This document shows positions 24,814 to 36,036 of a stretch of DNA of 64,000 bases, piece by piece. A program made the position numbers and the translations under genes. The notes under the pieces were generated by a model that worked only from the letters and a program-made list of their open reading frames with translations, did not search any database and had not been told where the DNA came from. Origin of the DNA: Albugo candida (Eukaryota). Every line of letters starts with the position of its first letter. Within the stretch, counting starts at the first letter, position 1. The stretch is from assembly GCA_040437565.1 (NCBI GenBank), contig JBDOQK010000033.1:124001-188000 (forward strand), written 5' to 3'.

Positions 24814-25254
24814 ATGAAAGTTGCTTCCATTACCAGTGCCTTCCTTGTCAGTATCTCACTCTCCAATGCGCGTGAATATAATCGTACCTTGGAAGTTTGT
24901 ACCCCCAGCAACACTACCGATTGCGCTCCTCATTCTCGCAGTCTTCATGTGTCTGTGTCAAAACCTACCGACGACGATACTGGTTCTGACGCGCCCGGGC
25001 CCGATGATACTGACGATGAGAAGAGTGCCAAAAAATCTCACAAGAAATCATCAGCATCATCTGAAGACGATACTTTCGACGATCCTTTACCGAAGAAATC
25101 TTCCAAGAAGAAGAAAGCTTCTCTTAGTGATGACGATGACTTGGAAAGTGTTGACTCTGAAAAGATTTCCAAAAAATCATCAAAGGGCGATACCGATGAC
25201 GATTACCTTCCTCCACGAAAGTCGAAAAGCTCAAACAAGAAAGATAGCGAATAG
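24814..25254 (+). CDS. Small secreted D/K/S-rich protein with RxL motifs (effector candidate)
   Basis: Signal peptide MKVASITSAFLVSISLSNA, RTLE and RSLH motifs, two Cys, and a charged low-complexity tail. Confidence 0.78.
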   Translation: MKVASITSAFLVSISLSNAREYNRTLEVCTPSNTTDCAPHSRSLHVSVSKPTDDDTGSDAPGPDDTDDEKSAKKSHKKSSASSEDDTFDDPLPKKSSKKKKASLSDDDDLESVDSEKISKKSSKGDTDDDYLPPRKSKSSNKKDSE

Positions 25255-25774
25255 AAGTAACGCCGACACGAACAAGATCGATACAAGCATCATTGTTGGA
25301 GCAAATTTCATTTCGGCAGCTACAAAATTCAATTCTTCATTTATCTTCTAATATACACTTTCTGCTTTATGGCTTTCGCCTCTCTGTACTAATCTTTTCT
25401 GTCCTGTTGTGCGTATCACAATCCGCTCGCCAACATCACACTCTCCCCGCTGTCCTTTACTTTGTGGGCTCAACTTCGCCTGTTCTATCGAATGCATCAA
25501 ATCGTCCCCAATAACATCTTTGCCGTCGGTGATACCATGAATTCATACACCTTTCGATAAGCACCGACTTCTAAGCCTCATACAATTCTCAAGCTATTAC
25601 TACCATCCTTACCATTACATAACCGTAGGAGCCCTACTANNNNNNNNNNNNNNNNNNNNNNNNNNNNNNNNNNNNNNNNNNNNNNNNNNNNNNNNNNNNN
25701 NNNNNNNNNNNNNNNNNNNNNNNNNNNNNNNNNNNNNNNCCATTACATAACCGTAGGAGCCCTACTAAGTACGT

Positions 25775-27424
25775 ATGGTATCGGATTTTCTGTGTTTTCC
25801 GCTGGGCGTCTCACTTCCTCCAGAATCGACTCATTCGATCTCAGTGTCTCTTCCTAAATGGACTCACGTGATCGAATACGAGAAGGGAAACCCAGACGTA
25901 CTTGAAGCTTTGAAAGGAGGGTATCCTCGCTTCGTATTTCATCCCTACGTGAAAGAATTACTTCGCATCTTGAAAACCATTTACGTCGCAGAAAACAAAA
26001 TGCTTCCGTCCGAATTGCTTCAAATTCTTCCAACAAAACAAGTAGCCATGCGTTTGTATGCGTTTCTTACCTGTACAGATGCTAATTGCGACAGTGAGCA
26101 CCCATTTGAACGCGTGCAAATGCTTACTTCTGACCGCTTGACCGCTATTCATGCGGTCTCATTTCCCGCTTCCCTGAGCGATAAAGCGAAATCAAGCTGG
26201 CAGCATTCTGGAGAGATTATATCGTCCCGTCACGCGCTTGCTTTGCTGCAAAGTATAAGGCAAGATTTAGATGATGTTACCATTGACATGCATTCCGCAC
26301 CGATCCATCACCAACTGTGTAAACGTATTGCTCAGCTGTACACGCAAGAGCCCGAGTTAGTAGTGCCGCCTGAATTTGTATTTGTGTATCCCACGGGGAT
26401 GGCGGCGATATTTGCGGCTGTGCGATTGCTGAAAGCGTATCACGAAGCGCGGCAAATCGGTCAAAAGTCGAAAGCCATTTTGATAGGATTTCCGTATGTA
26501 GACACACTCAAGATACTGGAAAGGAAGGAATGGTGCAAGGATGGTGTTTATTTCCTCCCGCATGTCACCGAGCCATCGTTTTACTCTGATTTGGAAACGC
26601 TATTACAAAGAGAAGAAACGTCGATCTTTGGGATTTTCACAGAATTTCCTGGAAATCCGCTGCTGTTGGGCTGTGATGTGGATCGAATTTCACAACTTGC
26701 GCGTAAATACAACACGTATTTTGTAGTGGATGATACGATTGGATCATATAACGTGAATTTGCTGCAGCATCAATGCGCTGATATTGTTGTGACATCCCTT
26801 TCCAAGATATTTAGCGGCACGGCCACAGTTATGGGTGGGAGCTTGATTCTCAGTCCTTGTAAGAACGAAGAGGCTGTAGCATCGTGGTATCGTATGCTGC
26901 GGACCGGCCAGGATGATTATCTCATGGTCGATGATGCTGGAGTGTTGCTGGAAGCATCGGCAGCGCTACAATCGCGATTGAACAGAGTCAATGCTTCAGC
27001 ACAATTCATTGCTGAAAATCTACGGAATTCTTCTTTGATAGAAAATGTATATTATCCAGCGTTTGATGAGAATACCATGGATACATACGTGAGATATCAG
27101 TCTCCGTTAAGAGCAACGACGCAAGCTTTTGGTCCATTGATGTCGATATATCTGAAAGAATCAAGCGATGGACAGGATTCCGATGGAATGAATTCCAATG
27201 CTCAGCTATTCTACGATGCTCTGAATATCGCAAAAGGACCCAGTCTGGGCACCAACTTTACTCTTTCATGTCCGTATACACTGCTTGCTCACTATACGGA
27301 GCTTGATTTTGCCGAACGTTGTGGCGTGGACCGAAAACTAATCCGGATTTCCATTGGATTGGAGCATCAAAACGATATCTGGCGCATGATTACGAATGCA
27401 CTTGACGCGTGTAGCGAACGCTGA
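25775..27424 (+). CDS. Cystathionine gamma-synthase (STR2-like PLP enzyme)
   Basis: GYPRF, YPTGMAA, GFPYVDT, EFPGNPLL, VDDTIG, SLSKIFSG (PLP lysine), KGPSLGTNFTL and IRISIGLE motifs. Confidence 0.9.
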   Translation: MVSDFLCFPLGVSLPPESTHSISVSLPKWTHVIEYEKGNPDVLEALKGGYPRFVFHPYVKELLRILKTIYVAENKMLPSELLQILPTKQVAMRLYAFLTCTDANCDSEHPFERVQMLTSDRLTAIHAVSFPASLSDKAKSSWQHSGEIISSRHALALLQSIRQDLDDVTIDMHSAPIHHQLCKRIAQLYTQEPELVVPPEFVFVYPTGMAAIFAAVRLLKAYHEARQIGQKSKAILIGFPYVDTLKILERKEWCKDGVYFLPHVTEPSFYSDLETLLQREETSIFGIFTEFPGNPLLLGCDVDRISQLARKYNTYFVVDDTIGSYNVNLLQHQCADIVVTSLSKIFSGTATVMGGSLILSPCKNEEAVASWYRMLRTGQDDYLMVDDAGVLLEASAALQSRLNRVNASAQFIAENLRNSSLIENVYYPAFDENTMDTYVRYQSPLRATTQAFGPLMSIYLKESSDGQDSDGMNSNAQLFYDALNIAKGPSLGTNFTLSCPYTLLAHYTELDFAERCGVDRKLIRISIGLEHQNDIWRMITNALDACSER

Positions 27425-27510
27425 ATGTGAAGCAGAAGTTTGAAAAAGTAAATGAAGTAGAGGCGTAAATTCATTTTATCGTTTGAGATCGAAACATTTG
27501 CACCTTCCTT

Positions 27511-28392
27511 CTACACGACTGTATGGTGGCGTATGCCAGCAATACGCCAGTCGAGTTGCTCGGGCGTCGTTACACACGACGCAAAAGCCCACGATGCACG
27601 ATTCGGGAGTGTGAGTTGCTTATGATTCCCGTCGGCGTATACCTTAATATGCTCCTTCGAACGTGATATCACTCGCAGCTCTAGCACTTCCTCTTTTATA
27701 TCATCCTGTATAGTATCCGCAGTCTCTGGTCCTTCTTGACTATTGTTTTCACACGCATACGTTCGAAATGCCCGGCTTTCCTGAAGAATCGATTGCGGTA
27801 CGATTCGAAATCCAACATTCTCTAAATACATTCGGTCAACATCCAATTCACATAATTCAACTGTTTGCTTCGTATTCTTGGAGTTTTGGATTGAAAAGAT
27901 GACCGCTTCAAAGCATACCTCGGAAACTCCTTTACGCATCATTTTGACACAATCTGGTTCCTCTTGTGCCTCTAGCGCTTGTACCGCTTCGTAAAATTCT
28001 CCAGTATTGTCGAATAAAGCCTTCCTACTAAGTCTTGGAAGGCTCAACGCATACTTTCGAAAATCTTCATCGTAGAACGTTCGTGTCACTAATTCGGATG
28101 TCATTTGCGCGCCATCGAGAAACTCAAACAAATCGATTTCGGTGAGTGTTGGTAACTGCAACATTGCGAATTGCACAGGTCCCCAGCGTCTTGTAAAAGG
28201 AAACGCCGAAGGTGACAGCACATTCGCGTGCTTGTACTTTTCGTATGTTGGCGCCCGATCAACGCAGCGTTTCCAAAATTCTTTCATCCCTTCAAAACCT
28301 TCCATAATAGAGGGTGGTCGCTTGGGTTCTTTGCTGCTAAATGACCGCTTCATGGAGCGTGCATATGAATTCCTGTGCCATCCTCTGCGCAT
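27511..28392 (-). CDS. Mitochondrial Tim44-like/MAIP1-like protein
   Basis: Presequence ending RSFSS, plus EFLDGA and C-terminal WAF...LDWRIA motifs typical of Tim44-fold proteins. Confidence 0.55.
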   Translation of the reverse strand: MRRGWHRNSYARSMKRSFSSKEPKRPPSIMEGFEGMKEFWKRCVDRAPTYEKYKHANVLSPSAFPFTRRWGPVQFAMLQLPTLTEIDLFEFLDGAQMTSELVTRTFYDEDFRKYALSLPRLSRKALFDNTGEFYEAVQALEAQEEPDCVKMMRKGVSEVCFEAVIFSIQNSKNTKQTVELCELDVDRMYLENVGFRIVPQSILQESRAFRTYACENNSQEGPETADTIQDDIKEEVLELRVISRSKEHIKVYADGNHKQLTLPNRASWAFASCVTTPEQLDWRIAGIRHHTVV

Positions 28393-28584
28393 GTCGACAA
28401 TACCACCACGTGTATCCTAGTTTAGGTTAGTATACGTGTATTTAGTTATTCCTTATTTATTGTATATACTTTACTTTGCATCGCNNNNNNNNNNNNNNNN
28501 NNNNNNNNNNNNNNNNNNNNNNNNNNNNNNNNNNNNNNNNNNNNNNNNNNNNNNNNNNNNNNNNNNNNNNNNNNNNNNNNNNNN

Positions 28585-30583
28585 TGACACTATCGCCTTC
28601 TTGCTCTTCTTTTGTTTCTTTTCTCTCACTGATTGTAAGCGATGCTGAAGGTGCTTTGCTCTTTTCCAAATGACACAAAGCCATTTGACTCCAAAGCTTG
28701 AAAACGTCTTTGGATTCCGAAATTGTCGACGAGTTGATTTGTGACCGGAACCATGTGGAACGAAGATAATGAATGGAAAGACCAACTTCGACGTGGCTGA
28801 AACCGCATCCGTCTCGAGTGAATACCCATCGAGTTTCGATCTCGAAATAATCGCTGAATGGGATTTTAGACATTCGATTGATTTCCGAGATAATAAATCG
28901 ATTCCATGTCACAGTGGATGCACCTGATGAGGATGAAGACTCACTGGTATCGAGACGGAATCGTTGGACTCGGTGACATGTGGCGTAAGGCGGTAAACCA
29001 GGAAAGGTGACCTTGGGTGGATGTTGAGATCGAACATGGCGAAATAACGAATAGTCAGTTTCTTTCGACATTTCAAAGCCATCCTTAAATATTGTGTGCT
29101 CTCCTGATGCTTTCCATGGATCAATATCGATATCGATATCTTGAGCCTGCATCAAAAATTGATGGAAAAAATCGTGGCCGATACCATCGTTCCATAACAG
29201 ATCAAACGCTGCCTTCAAGTCTACTGCAAGTTCACAGTCCAAAAGTATAGTCATCTTGGACAAAGGTCCGTCAGGTGCCATTGGTACAAATGGAATTGTG
29301 ATTTCCTCGGAAAGCTCATCATCTACTATCGACTTTTCTGAATGCTGCGAGAGCGGAATTTCGGTAGTCTCATGATGAGGAACCATATTACAGTACGTCT
29401 GTCGTCGAGTATCAGCTTGCCTGGAAAGTGTCTCCGCGTCCAAATGCAGCAAAGATTGATGTTTCAATCCTTCTTGGTTTGCGCGAATCAGCTGATCCAT
29501 CCGAAGAAAGCACAAATCGCGTAATCCATTGAATTCTGCAAAAGAGTATTTGATCCCTTTTTGTGTGTTTACTTGTAACGCATTTATGTAATAGAATTCT
29601 GGCTTGACCAGCGCTTCAACTTTCCCAAAAGCGACTTTCAACTCGCAGCCTGATTGCAACCGATACGGTCGAAAGCAAACATGTCGACGTGTGAGGAAGA
29701 GATGGCCGTAAAAAGGAGCCAAATCCATAAAATAGCAGCAATGAAATATCGTGACAGGCTTTTCATATTGTCCGAGTCGAAATTCTTTCCTCAACTGATC
29801 TTTTGAAATCGGTGGCAATCCATTCCAAGTCACATGTGTGCAGTCCAATTGGGAATGAAATTCTCTGATTCGGTAATAGCACGAATCACAAACACGCTGC
29901 TCTCCTTTCGCCAGAAAGACCTGATACGGCACTACAATCACTTTTGACGAACAATTGGAGCAGAAAGAGCCTCCACAATTTCGACAATGATGGCGCCCTT
30001 TTGTCAGCAAAGTCCCAATATCTTCCCGACAATTATCGCAAAAAGTCATATTGGCAAATGGTGGTGGTGGAAGGTCCGGATGGACGATCATGACGGGATG
30101 ATCCTCTTCCGTTTCGATTTTATTAATGTATGCGGAGAAATCGGGACTCGATCGTCGACCTCGCTGCGTTGCGATTCGTTCACGAGCTCCTTTTACTGTG
30201 ACAGCACGCACGTCTCTCCTGACTGCCATTTCGAGCGCCAAAGGCTCCATTGCAATGTGAGATGCTATTTCCGACGGATATTCAGTCTGTAACTGAACCA
30301 TCGAATCTCTCCTGCGTATTTTCGGGTCATCCGCCAGCATCGAAGGGGAGAGTATTGCTCTCAATGTCAAATCATTGGACGGAGTGAGTGTCGCCACGCG
30401 GAGAGCTTCCAATTGGGGTTTCTGTAACGTGATAGGACGGGTATCACTTTCATTCTTCTCGTCACTTGCTAGACACGTCTCTATACCTGTATTCCTGGTC
30501 TCGATTATGGTGCTAGTAGGTGGCAATTCGTCGCTTGATGACGATTTCATAATTAGAGGAGCGATAGTATAATCTATAGTCAT
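28585..30583 (-). CDS. FYVE-GRAM-VASt domain protein (3' end runs into the gap)
   Basis: FYVE motifs RHHCRNCG and RVCDSC, GRAM motif FHCC..GHLFLTRRHVCF, and VASt motifs KIPFSDYFEIETRW and WFRSQINSS. Confidence 0.88.
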
Positions 30584-31097
30584 TATGTCATTATAGGCGC
30601 AAGTGTACGGCTGCAAAGTATGAAAGTGTTTGTCGTCTGTTCCACGTGATAAAAGTGATAGAAATATATCGACATCGTGATGATGCGATTGGTAGTAAAT
30701 TATAGATTTTGCTTTAAATGAGTTTTTTGTCGATTTGTTCAGACCGAACAATCGACTGTATGAATGAAGCGTATTGAAGCGTCTAAGCTATACACTCTTT
30801 GACATTGTCCTTGGACTTGGTGTCCGATTCGCATTTGATTACTACCACGCATACACAGCTAATACTCTAATTCATAATGACAATCAAACTATCTTCGTTG
30901 ACAATCAAACTACCCTCGTTCTTCAACGACAAAGAAAGGGCTCAATGAAAAGCTACCGACAGGGTTAGAATCGCGCAATTGATAAGAATGCGCTTCAGAC
31001 AGATAGCGAATTTCATGCTGCTTATCTCATAATAACTTAAGCTGCATACTACGGTACTTGCATTCTTCTACGCGTTATCATCCACACATTCAAGCCG

Positions 31098-34000
31098 ATG
31101 AATAGAGTCGCTATTTCGTGGACGGGTCAATCGATTCAGAAGCTTGCATTATATCGACGGCGTCATAATCCCATCCCATTACTCTCTTTGGAACATATTC
31201 CATTTCTATTCCTTTATGCGTACGCAATCTCACAATCGTATCACACTATCGGAGAGCCTTATGCGTTCGCACTCGAAGAGTATCAAAGCACGCATCCGAT
31301 CCCTACGACCACATCCGACCTTGCATCGAAAACGCTCTCCCAAGGGCTCGTGCGTGAGGACACAATCAATGCTTCTTCGTCGTCAAACGCGATCTGGGAG
31401 GAAGAAGTACCGCTACCCAATCCATACCTTCCGGCGATCGGCCCACTTCTCTTCTTAATCGGAACGCTCCTTTCGCATGCTTTAATTATACTCTTGCAGG
31501 TTTGGTTTGTTCGCGTACGTGCATGGGTCCATTTCACATCAGTCAACACGCTGGAAGAAGCCGCTTTTGTCGTCATTCAACCTCGGGCTTACCGGGGCAA
31601 AAGTGACATTGTACCGCTACAATCAGATTTGATCCATGGCGAGAAATTTTATTATTTCATGTTTCAAAAGCATAAATATATCGCTCGCGTTGGCGTATCG
31701 AGTGATAAAAAAACGGATCAAAATGGTGCATTTATATGTTTCGAAAAGCTAAAGGCACCGACATCGCTCTCCATACAAACGTATGTATCGAGTCGTGGGC
31801 TACAGACGAAAAGGAGCGATCAAGTCAACCATATCGATCCTTTGCTCCAGCGATACGGTCCGAATGTATTTGAGATCCCTCGACCCAATTTTGTGGATAT
31901 GTTTAAGCAACAATTACTGGAGCCTCTCACAGTCTTCCAGATATTCAGTGTTTGCTTGTATATGCTGGACGAATATTGGCAGTATTCGCTGTTTACACTC
32001 GCTATGATTGTCATGTTTGAAGGTGTCACTGTTATGGGCCGTCTAAAAAATCTGCAAACGCTTTGTGGAATGAGCAATGAAGCTCGTAATGTGTACGTCT
32101 TCCGAGACGGAAAATGGATCATCATCAAATCCGATCGACTTGTGCCCGGTGACATTGTGTCTATCACACGAGACACGAAAGAACAAGAAAACTCGAAAAC
32201 CAGAGCAAATGTGGTTCCATGTGATTGCTTGCTTTTGGATGGCTCCGCTGTGATGAATGAAGCCACACTCACGGGTGAAAGTGTTCCTCAGATGAAAGAA
32301 GCAATTCGGAATAAAATGAATCCTGAAGAACTCGCACAAGCGCTCGATATGAAATCTCTACACAAAGTCCACGTGCTATTTGGCGGAACAACTGTCATGC
32401 AGAGTGATTCACGGAGTACGTCAGAGGAAGGCGACACACGTGCGGGTACAAACATCCCGTGTCCTCCCGATGAAGGATGTACGGCGTATGTCCTTCGTAC
32501 TGGCTTTAGTTCCTCACAGGGAAAACTACTGAGAATGATTGAGTTTTCGAGTGGCAAAGTAAGTGGCAGTTCGATGGATGCAATTGGCTTGGCACTTCTT
32601 CTGCTCGTGTTCGCGTTGATATCGAGTGGTTATGTACTCCACCAAGGAATCGCTCAAAAAGGCAAAATCACATTTGAACTGCTTTTGAGATGCATTCTCA
32701 TCATAACAAGTGTCATTCCCGCTGAGCTTCCGATGCAAACCGCAATGGCTGTCAATAGCGCTTTATTATCGCTTGTAAAGCTGTCGATATTTTGCACAGA
32801 ACCGTTCCGAATTTCGTTGGCTGGAAAAGTTGATATTTGTCTCTTTGACAAAACGGGAACACTCACAACCGATCAATTGACAGCGATCGGTGTCGTCTGT
32901 GACGATGAAATCTCGAGGTCGAAAGACATTGTGGGTCACGTTCCTATGGCAACCGCGAGCTTAGACACGTCACTCGTGCTTGCTGGATGTCATTCTCTCG
33001 TGCAGATTGACGGTAAATTGATTGGTGATCCCGTAGAAGAAGCATCCATCCGCGCGGTCGATTTTGAATATGACTCTCAAAGTCGTCGATATCGTCCGAA
33101 TAAGGAGAAAGAGCGTCATTGGGACGGCAGCGTAGCATGGGAGGGGAAGGATGTATCGATTGATATCCTTCATCGCAACCATTTTGCATCGAAATTACAA
33201 CGGATGAGTGTGCTTGCTCGTGTGCATTTTGGCTCAAATACGTGCATTCGGTCACTGGTGAAAGGCAGCCCCGAGACGATTTTTGAGCTGTTAAAGCCCA
33301 ACACAGCGCCGGATTGGTACTGGCCCACCTACCAGAACATGGCGAAGCGCGGAATGCGTGTTTTAGCACTCGCGTACAAGGATGTTGATTCATTATCGAA
33401 GCAGCAACTTGCTGAAAAACCGCGTGCATGGGCGGAATCCGATTTACAATTTGCGGGATTTGCAGCTTTCCAGTGCCTTGTGCGTAGAGACAGTGCTGAT
33501 ATCATCAAATGTCTGAAAGAGAGCTCTCATGCGGTATCAATGATCACCGGTGATGCCACACTCACCGCTGTGCACGTGTCACGTGAAGTGGGTATCCTTT
33601 CGCGTGCAGCTTTACTTTTGGATGTGAAAGACTCCTCTTCGTCACCCATTTGGACCTTACTCGAGTCGGAGACAACCACTCCAAATCACTTCCACATCGA
33701 TGCATATCAATCTGGCGATTTCGCAAAGCTTTCGAGAAAATATGATTTGTGTCTGAGCGGGAAATCCCTCTCCGTAGCTGCAAAAATCGATCCCGAAAGT
33801 GTGTGGAAACAGCTTCATCACGTTCGTGTATTTGCACGAATGACTCCCGAACTGAAAGAGAATGTATTGACATATTTGAAGAAATCGGGTCATTACACGC
33901 TCATGTGTGGTGACGGTGGAAATGATGTCGGAGCCCTGAAACAAGCACATATTGGCGTCGCGCTATTGAGCGGTTTTGGATCGGCAAATGCCGATAAGAG

Positions 34001-35396
34001 TATCACTGGAGCTTCAAAGTACAAAAAGGAAGTCATCAGTTCGATTGGAAATCGTCAAAGTCTCATGAAACTTCACACTTCGGCGCTCAAGAAATTACTC
34101 GTTCAGAGAAAAATCGATCATTCGAAATGTCGCGAGAAAGAAGATTTGGTCGCGCTTTTGCTCCAAGAAGCTTCGAAAATGACCAAACCGAAAAAGCCGC
34201 AAGTGGTAAAGGCACTCACAACAGAAGAGAAGAAGGAAATGATGAAGAAAAAACAAGCGGAAATAGAAGCAGACGTACGCGCACGTGAAGTTCGAGGAGA
34301 GTCGTTTGCTCGTGTTCGGGCTCTTGCGGCTTTTGCCAAACGAGAGGCAGCAGAAGCAAAACGTCTCAAGCAAGAACGCACCGGTGCTAAAGGTTTTGCA
34401 GCCTTTGCGAATAACGCGGCGATGCAGCAATATATGGATGATTTCGAGGATGGAGAGCTTCCTATGGTGAAACTCGGCGATGCTTCTATTGCATCTCCTT
34501 TCACGTCCAGAGCGCCATCTATCAAAGGCTGTGTCGATATCATCCGTCAAGGCCGATGTGCGTTAGTTACAACGACGCAAATGTATCAGATTCTCGCCAT
34601 CAATTGCCTTATCAGCTCGTATTCCTTATCGGTCTTGTATTTGGATAAAGTAAAGTACTCCAATGCTCAGATGGTGACACTCGGAATTGTATCGACAGTT
34701 GCCAGTGTGACGCTAAGTCGAGCCACTCCTCTGCCCACACTGTCTCCTGTTCGACCATTGACGAGTATTTTTTGCCCAGCGCTTTTTCTCAGTCTGGCGG
34801 GACAATTTGTGCTTCATTTGGGCTGTATGATTTATCTCACCAACCTCGCCAAGACGTACCTCGCAAACGAGTCGATAAGTACGTCGACGAACGCACTCGG
34901 TATTGCTGAATTCAAGCCAAATGTCATGGGAACTGTGATTTTTCTGGTCAATGGAGTACAGACAGTAAGTGTGTGTGCGGTGAATTACAAAGGCCGACCA
35001 TTTATGAAAAGTATGACTGATAATCCCGGGCTTTTGTACTCACTTGGCATCAGTATCGTCGGTGTATTTCTCCTCTGCACGGAAGCATTGCCAATATTTA
35101 ACGAGGTGCTTCAGATTGTACCGATGCCTGATCCACGATTTGCTCGCCAACTGACGTTTATATTGGCGTTGGATGTGTGTGGCGCGTTTGTGTGGGATCA
35201 GATCTGTCTGTTTGTATTTGCTCCCAAGATTTTTATTGCTTCTATTAGAGCAATTACGTTGAGGGATTTATGGCAATCGCTGAAAATGACGGTGATTGCT
35301 TTATTGGTAATTTACGTATTGTCGAATATCGATTATGAAGAAATTGAGCGTCAGCAGCAGCTTATGGAGCAACAGAAACTCGCAGGTACAAATTGA
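31098..35396 (+). CDS. ATP13A1: P5A-type ATPase (ATP13A1/Spf1)
   Basis: LDEYWQYSLFTL, TGES, PAELP, DKTGTLT, ITGD, MCGDGGNDVGALKQAH, DASIASPFTS and NYKGRPF motifs. Confidence 0.96.
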   Translation: MNRVAISWTGQSIQKLALYRRRHNPIPLLSLEHIPFLFLYAYAISQSYHTIGEPYAFALEEYQSTHPIPTTTSDLASKTLSQGLVREDTINASSSSNAIWEEEVPLPNPYLPAIGPLLFLIGTLLSHALIILLQVWFVRVRAWVHFTSVNTLEEAAFVVIQPRAYRGKSDIVPLQSDLIHGEKFYYFMFQKHKYIARVGVSSDKKTDQNGAFICFEKLKAPTSLSIQTYVSSRGLQTKRSDQVNHIDPLLQRYGPNVFEIPRPNFVDMFKQQLLEPLTVFQIFSVCLYMLDEYWQYSLFTLAMIVMFEGVTVMGRLKNLQTLCGMSNEARNVYVFRDGKWIIIKSDRLVPGDIVSITRDTKEQENSKTRANVVPCDCLLLDGSAVMNEATLTGESVPQMKEAIRNKMNPEELAQALDMKSLHKVHVLFGGTTVMQSDSRSTSEEGDTRAGTNIPCPPDEGCTAYVLRTGFSSSQGKLLRMIEFSSGKVSGSSMDAIGLALLLLVFALISSGYVLHQGIAQKGKITFELLLRCILIITSVIPAELPMQTAMAVNSALLSLVKLSIFCTEPFRISLAGKVDICLFDKTGTLTTDQLTAIGVVCDDEISRSKDIVGHVPMATASLDTSLVLAGCHSLVQIDGKLIGDPVEEASIRAVDFEYDSQSRRYRPNKEKERHWDGSVAWEGKDVSIDILHRNHFASKLQRMSVLARVHFGSNTCIRSLVKGSPETIFELLKPNTAPDWYWPTYQNMAKRGMRVLALAYKDVDSLSKQQLAEKPRAWAESDLQFAGFAAFQCLVRRDSADIIKCLKESSHAVSMITGDATLTAVHVSREVGILSRAALLLDVKDSSSSPIWTLLESETTTPNHFHIDAYQSGDFAKLSRKYDLCLSGKSLSVAAKIDPESVWKQLHHVRVFARMTPELKENVLTYLKKSGHYTLMCGDGGNDVGALKQAHIGVALLSGFGSANADKSITGASKYKKEVISSIGNRQSLMKLHTSALKKLLVQRKIDHSKCREKEDLVALLLQEASKMTKPKKPQVVKALTTEEKKEMMKKKQAEIEADVRAREVRGESFARVRALAAFAKREAAEAKRLKQERTGAKGFAAFANNAAMQQYMDDFEDGELPMVKLGDASIASPFTSRAPSIKGCVDIIRQGRCALVTTTQMYQILAINCLISSYSLSVLYLDKVKYSNAQMVTLGIVSTVASVTLSRATPLPTLSPVRPLTSIFCPALFLSLAGQFVLHLGCMIYLTNLAKTYLANESISTSTNALGIAEFKPNVMGTVIFLVNGVQTVSVCAVNYKGRPFMKSMTDNPGLLYSLGISIVGVFLLCTEALPIFNEVLQIVPMPDPRFARQLTFILALDVCGAFVWDQICLFVFAPKIFIASIRAITLRDLWQSLKMTVIALLVIYVLSNIDYEEIERQQQLMEQQKLAGTN

Positions 35397-36036
35397 GCGG
35401 ATTAAGGAGCGCGAGTGATTGGGTAGACAGATATTACAGTGATTGTGTGGCTGTAGTTGTGTGTTGCTGACACAATACGTCCCGCAAGTCGTTTCGCACT
35501 CTGTGTGATTAGGATGGTTGTCTCTAACGGAGGTTCGATATGTTTGTTTTACTTTGAGTTTGCAGTCAATTGAGTTTTTATGCAAACATTATTTTGGTAA
35601 CAATTCGAATTTAGCAATCTAACTATCGCCGAAACTTTTGAAAGCGTTATCACTCCCGTAATGTATTTTGAAAGGGAAATTAAAAAAAATTCAATGGAAA
35701 CATGAGCTTAAAGCCACTGATCGAAAGATACATAGCTTTCGACGGGAAAATTGGTGTCGGGACCCCATAAATTTCCTAATAGACTAAATCGCTGCTGACC
35801 GTAATACCATGATGTGCCATTTTTTCATATCTTTCCGTAAATAAATTTACTTTACCATCTGTATGACGTCATTTTAGGCAACACGTTCCTTCCTGGTAAG
35901 TAGCAAACAAGCACCACCCCATGAAGCGTTATTTATCAAACAACTCACTGCAGCCCCACAGTATACAGTCTTATGCAGGAAAATAATATATATTCGATTA
36001 TGTGGTACTTGCTCAAAGCCTTTAACAATTTGCAGC

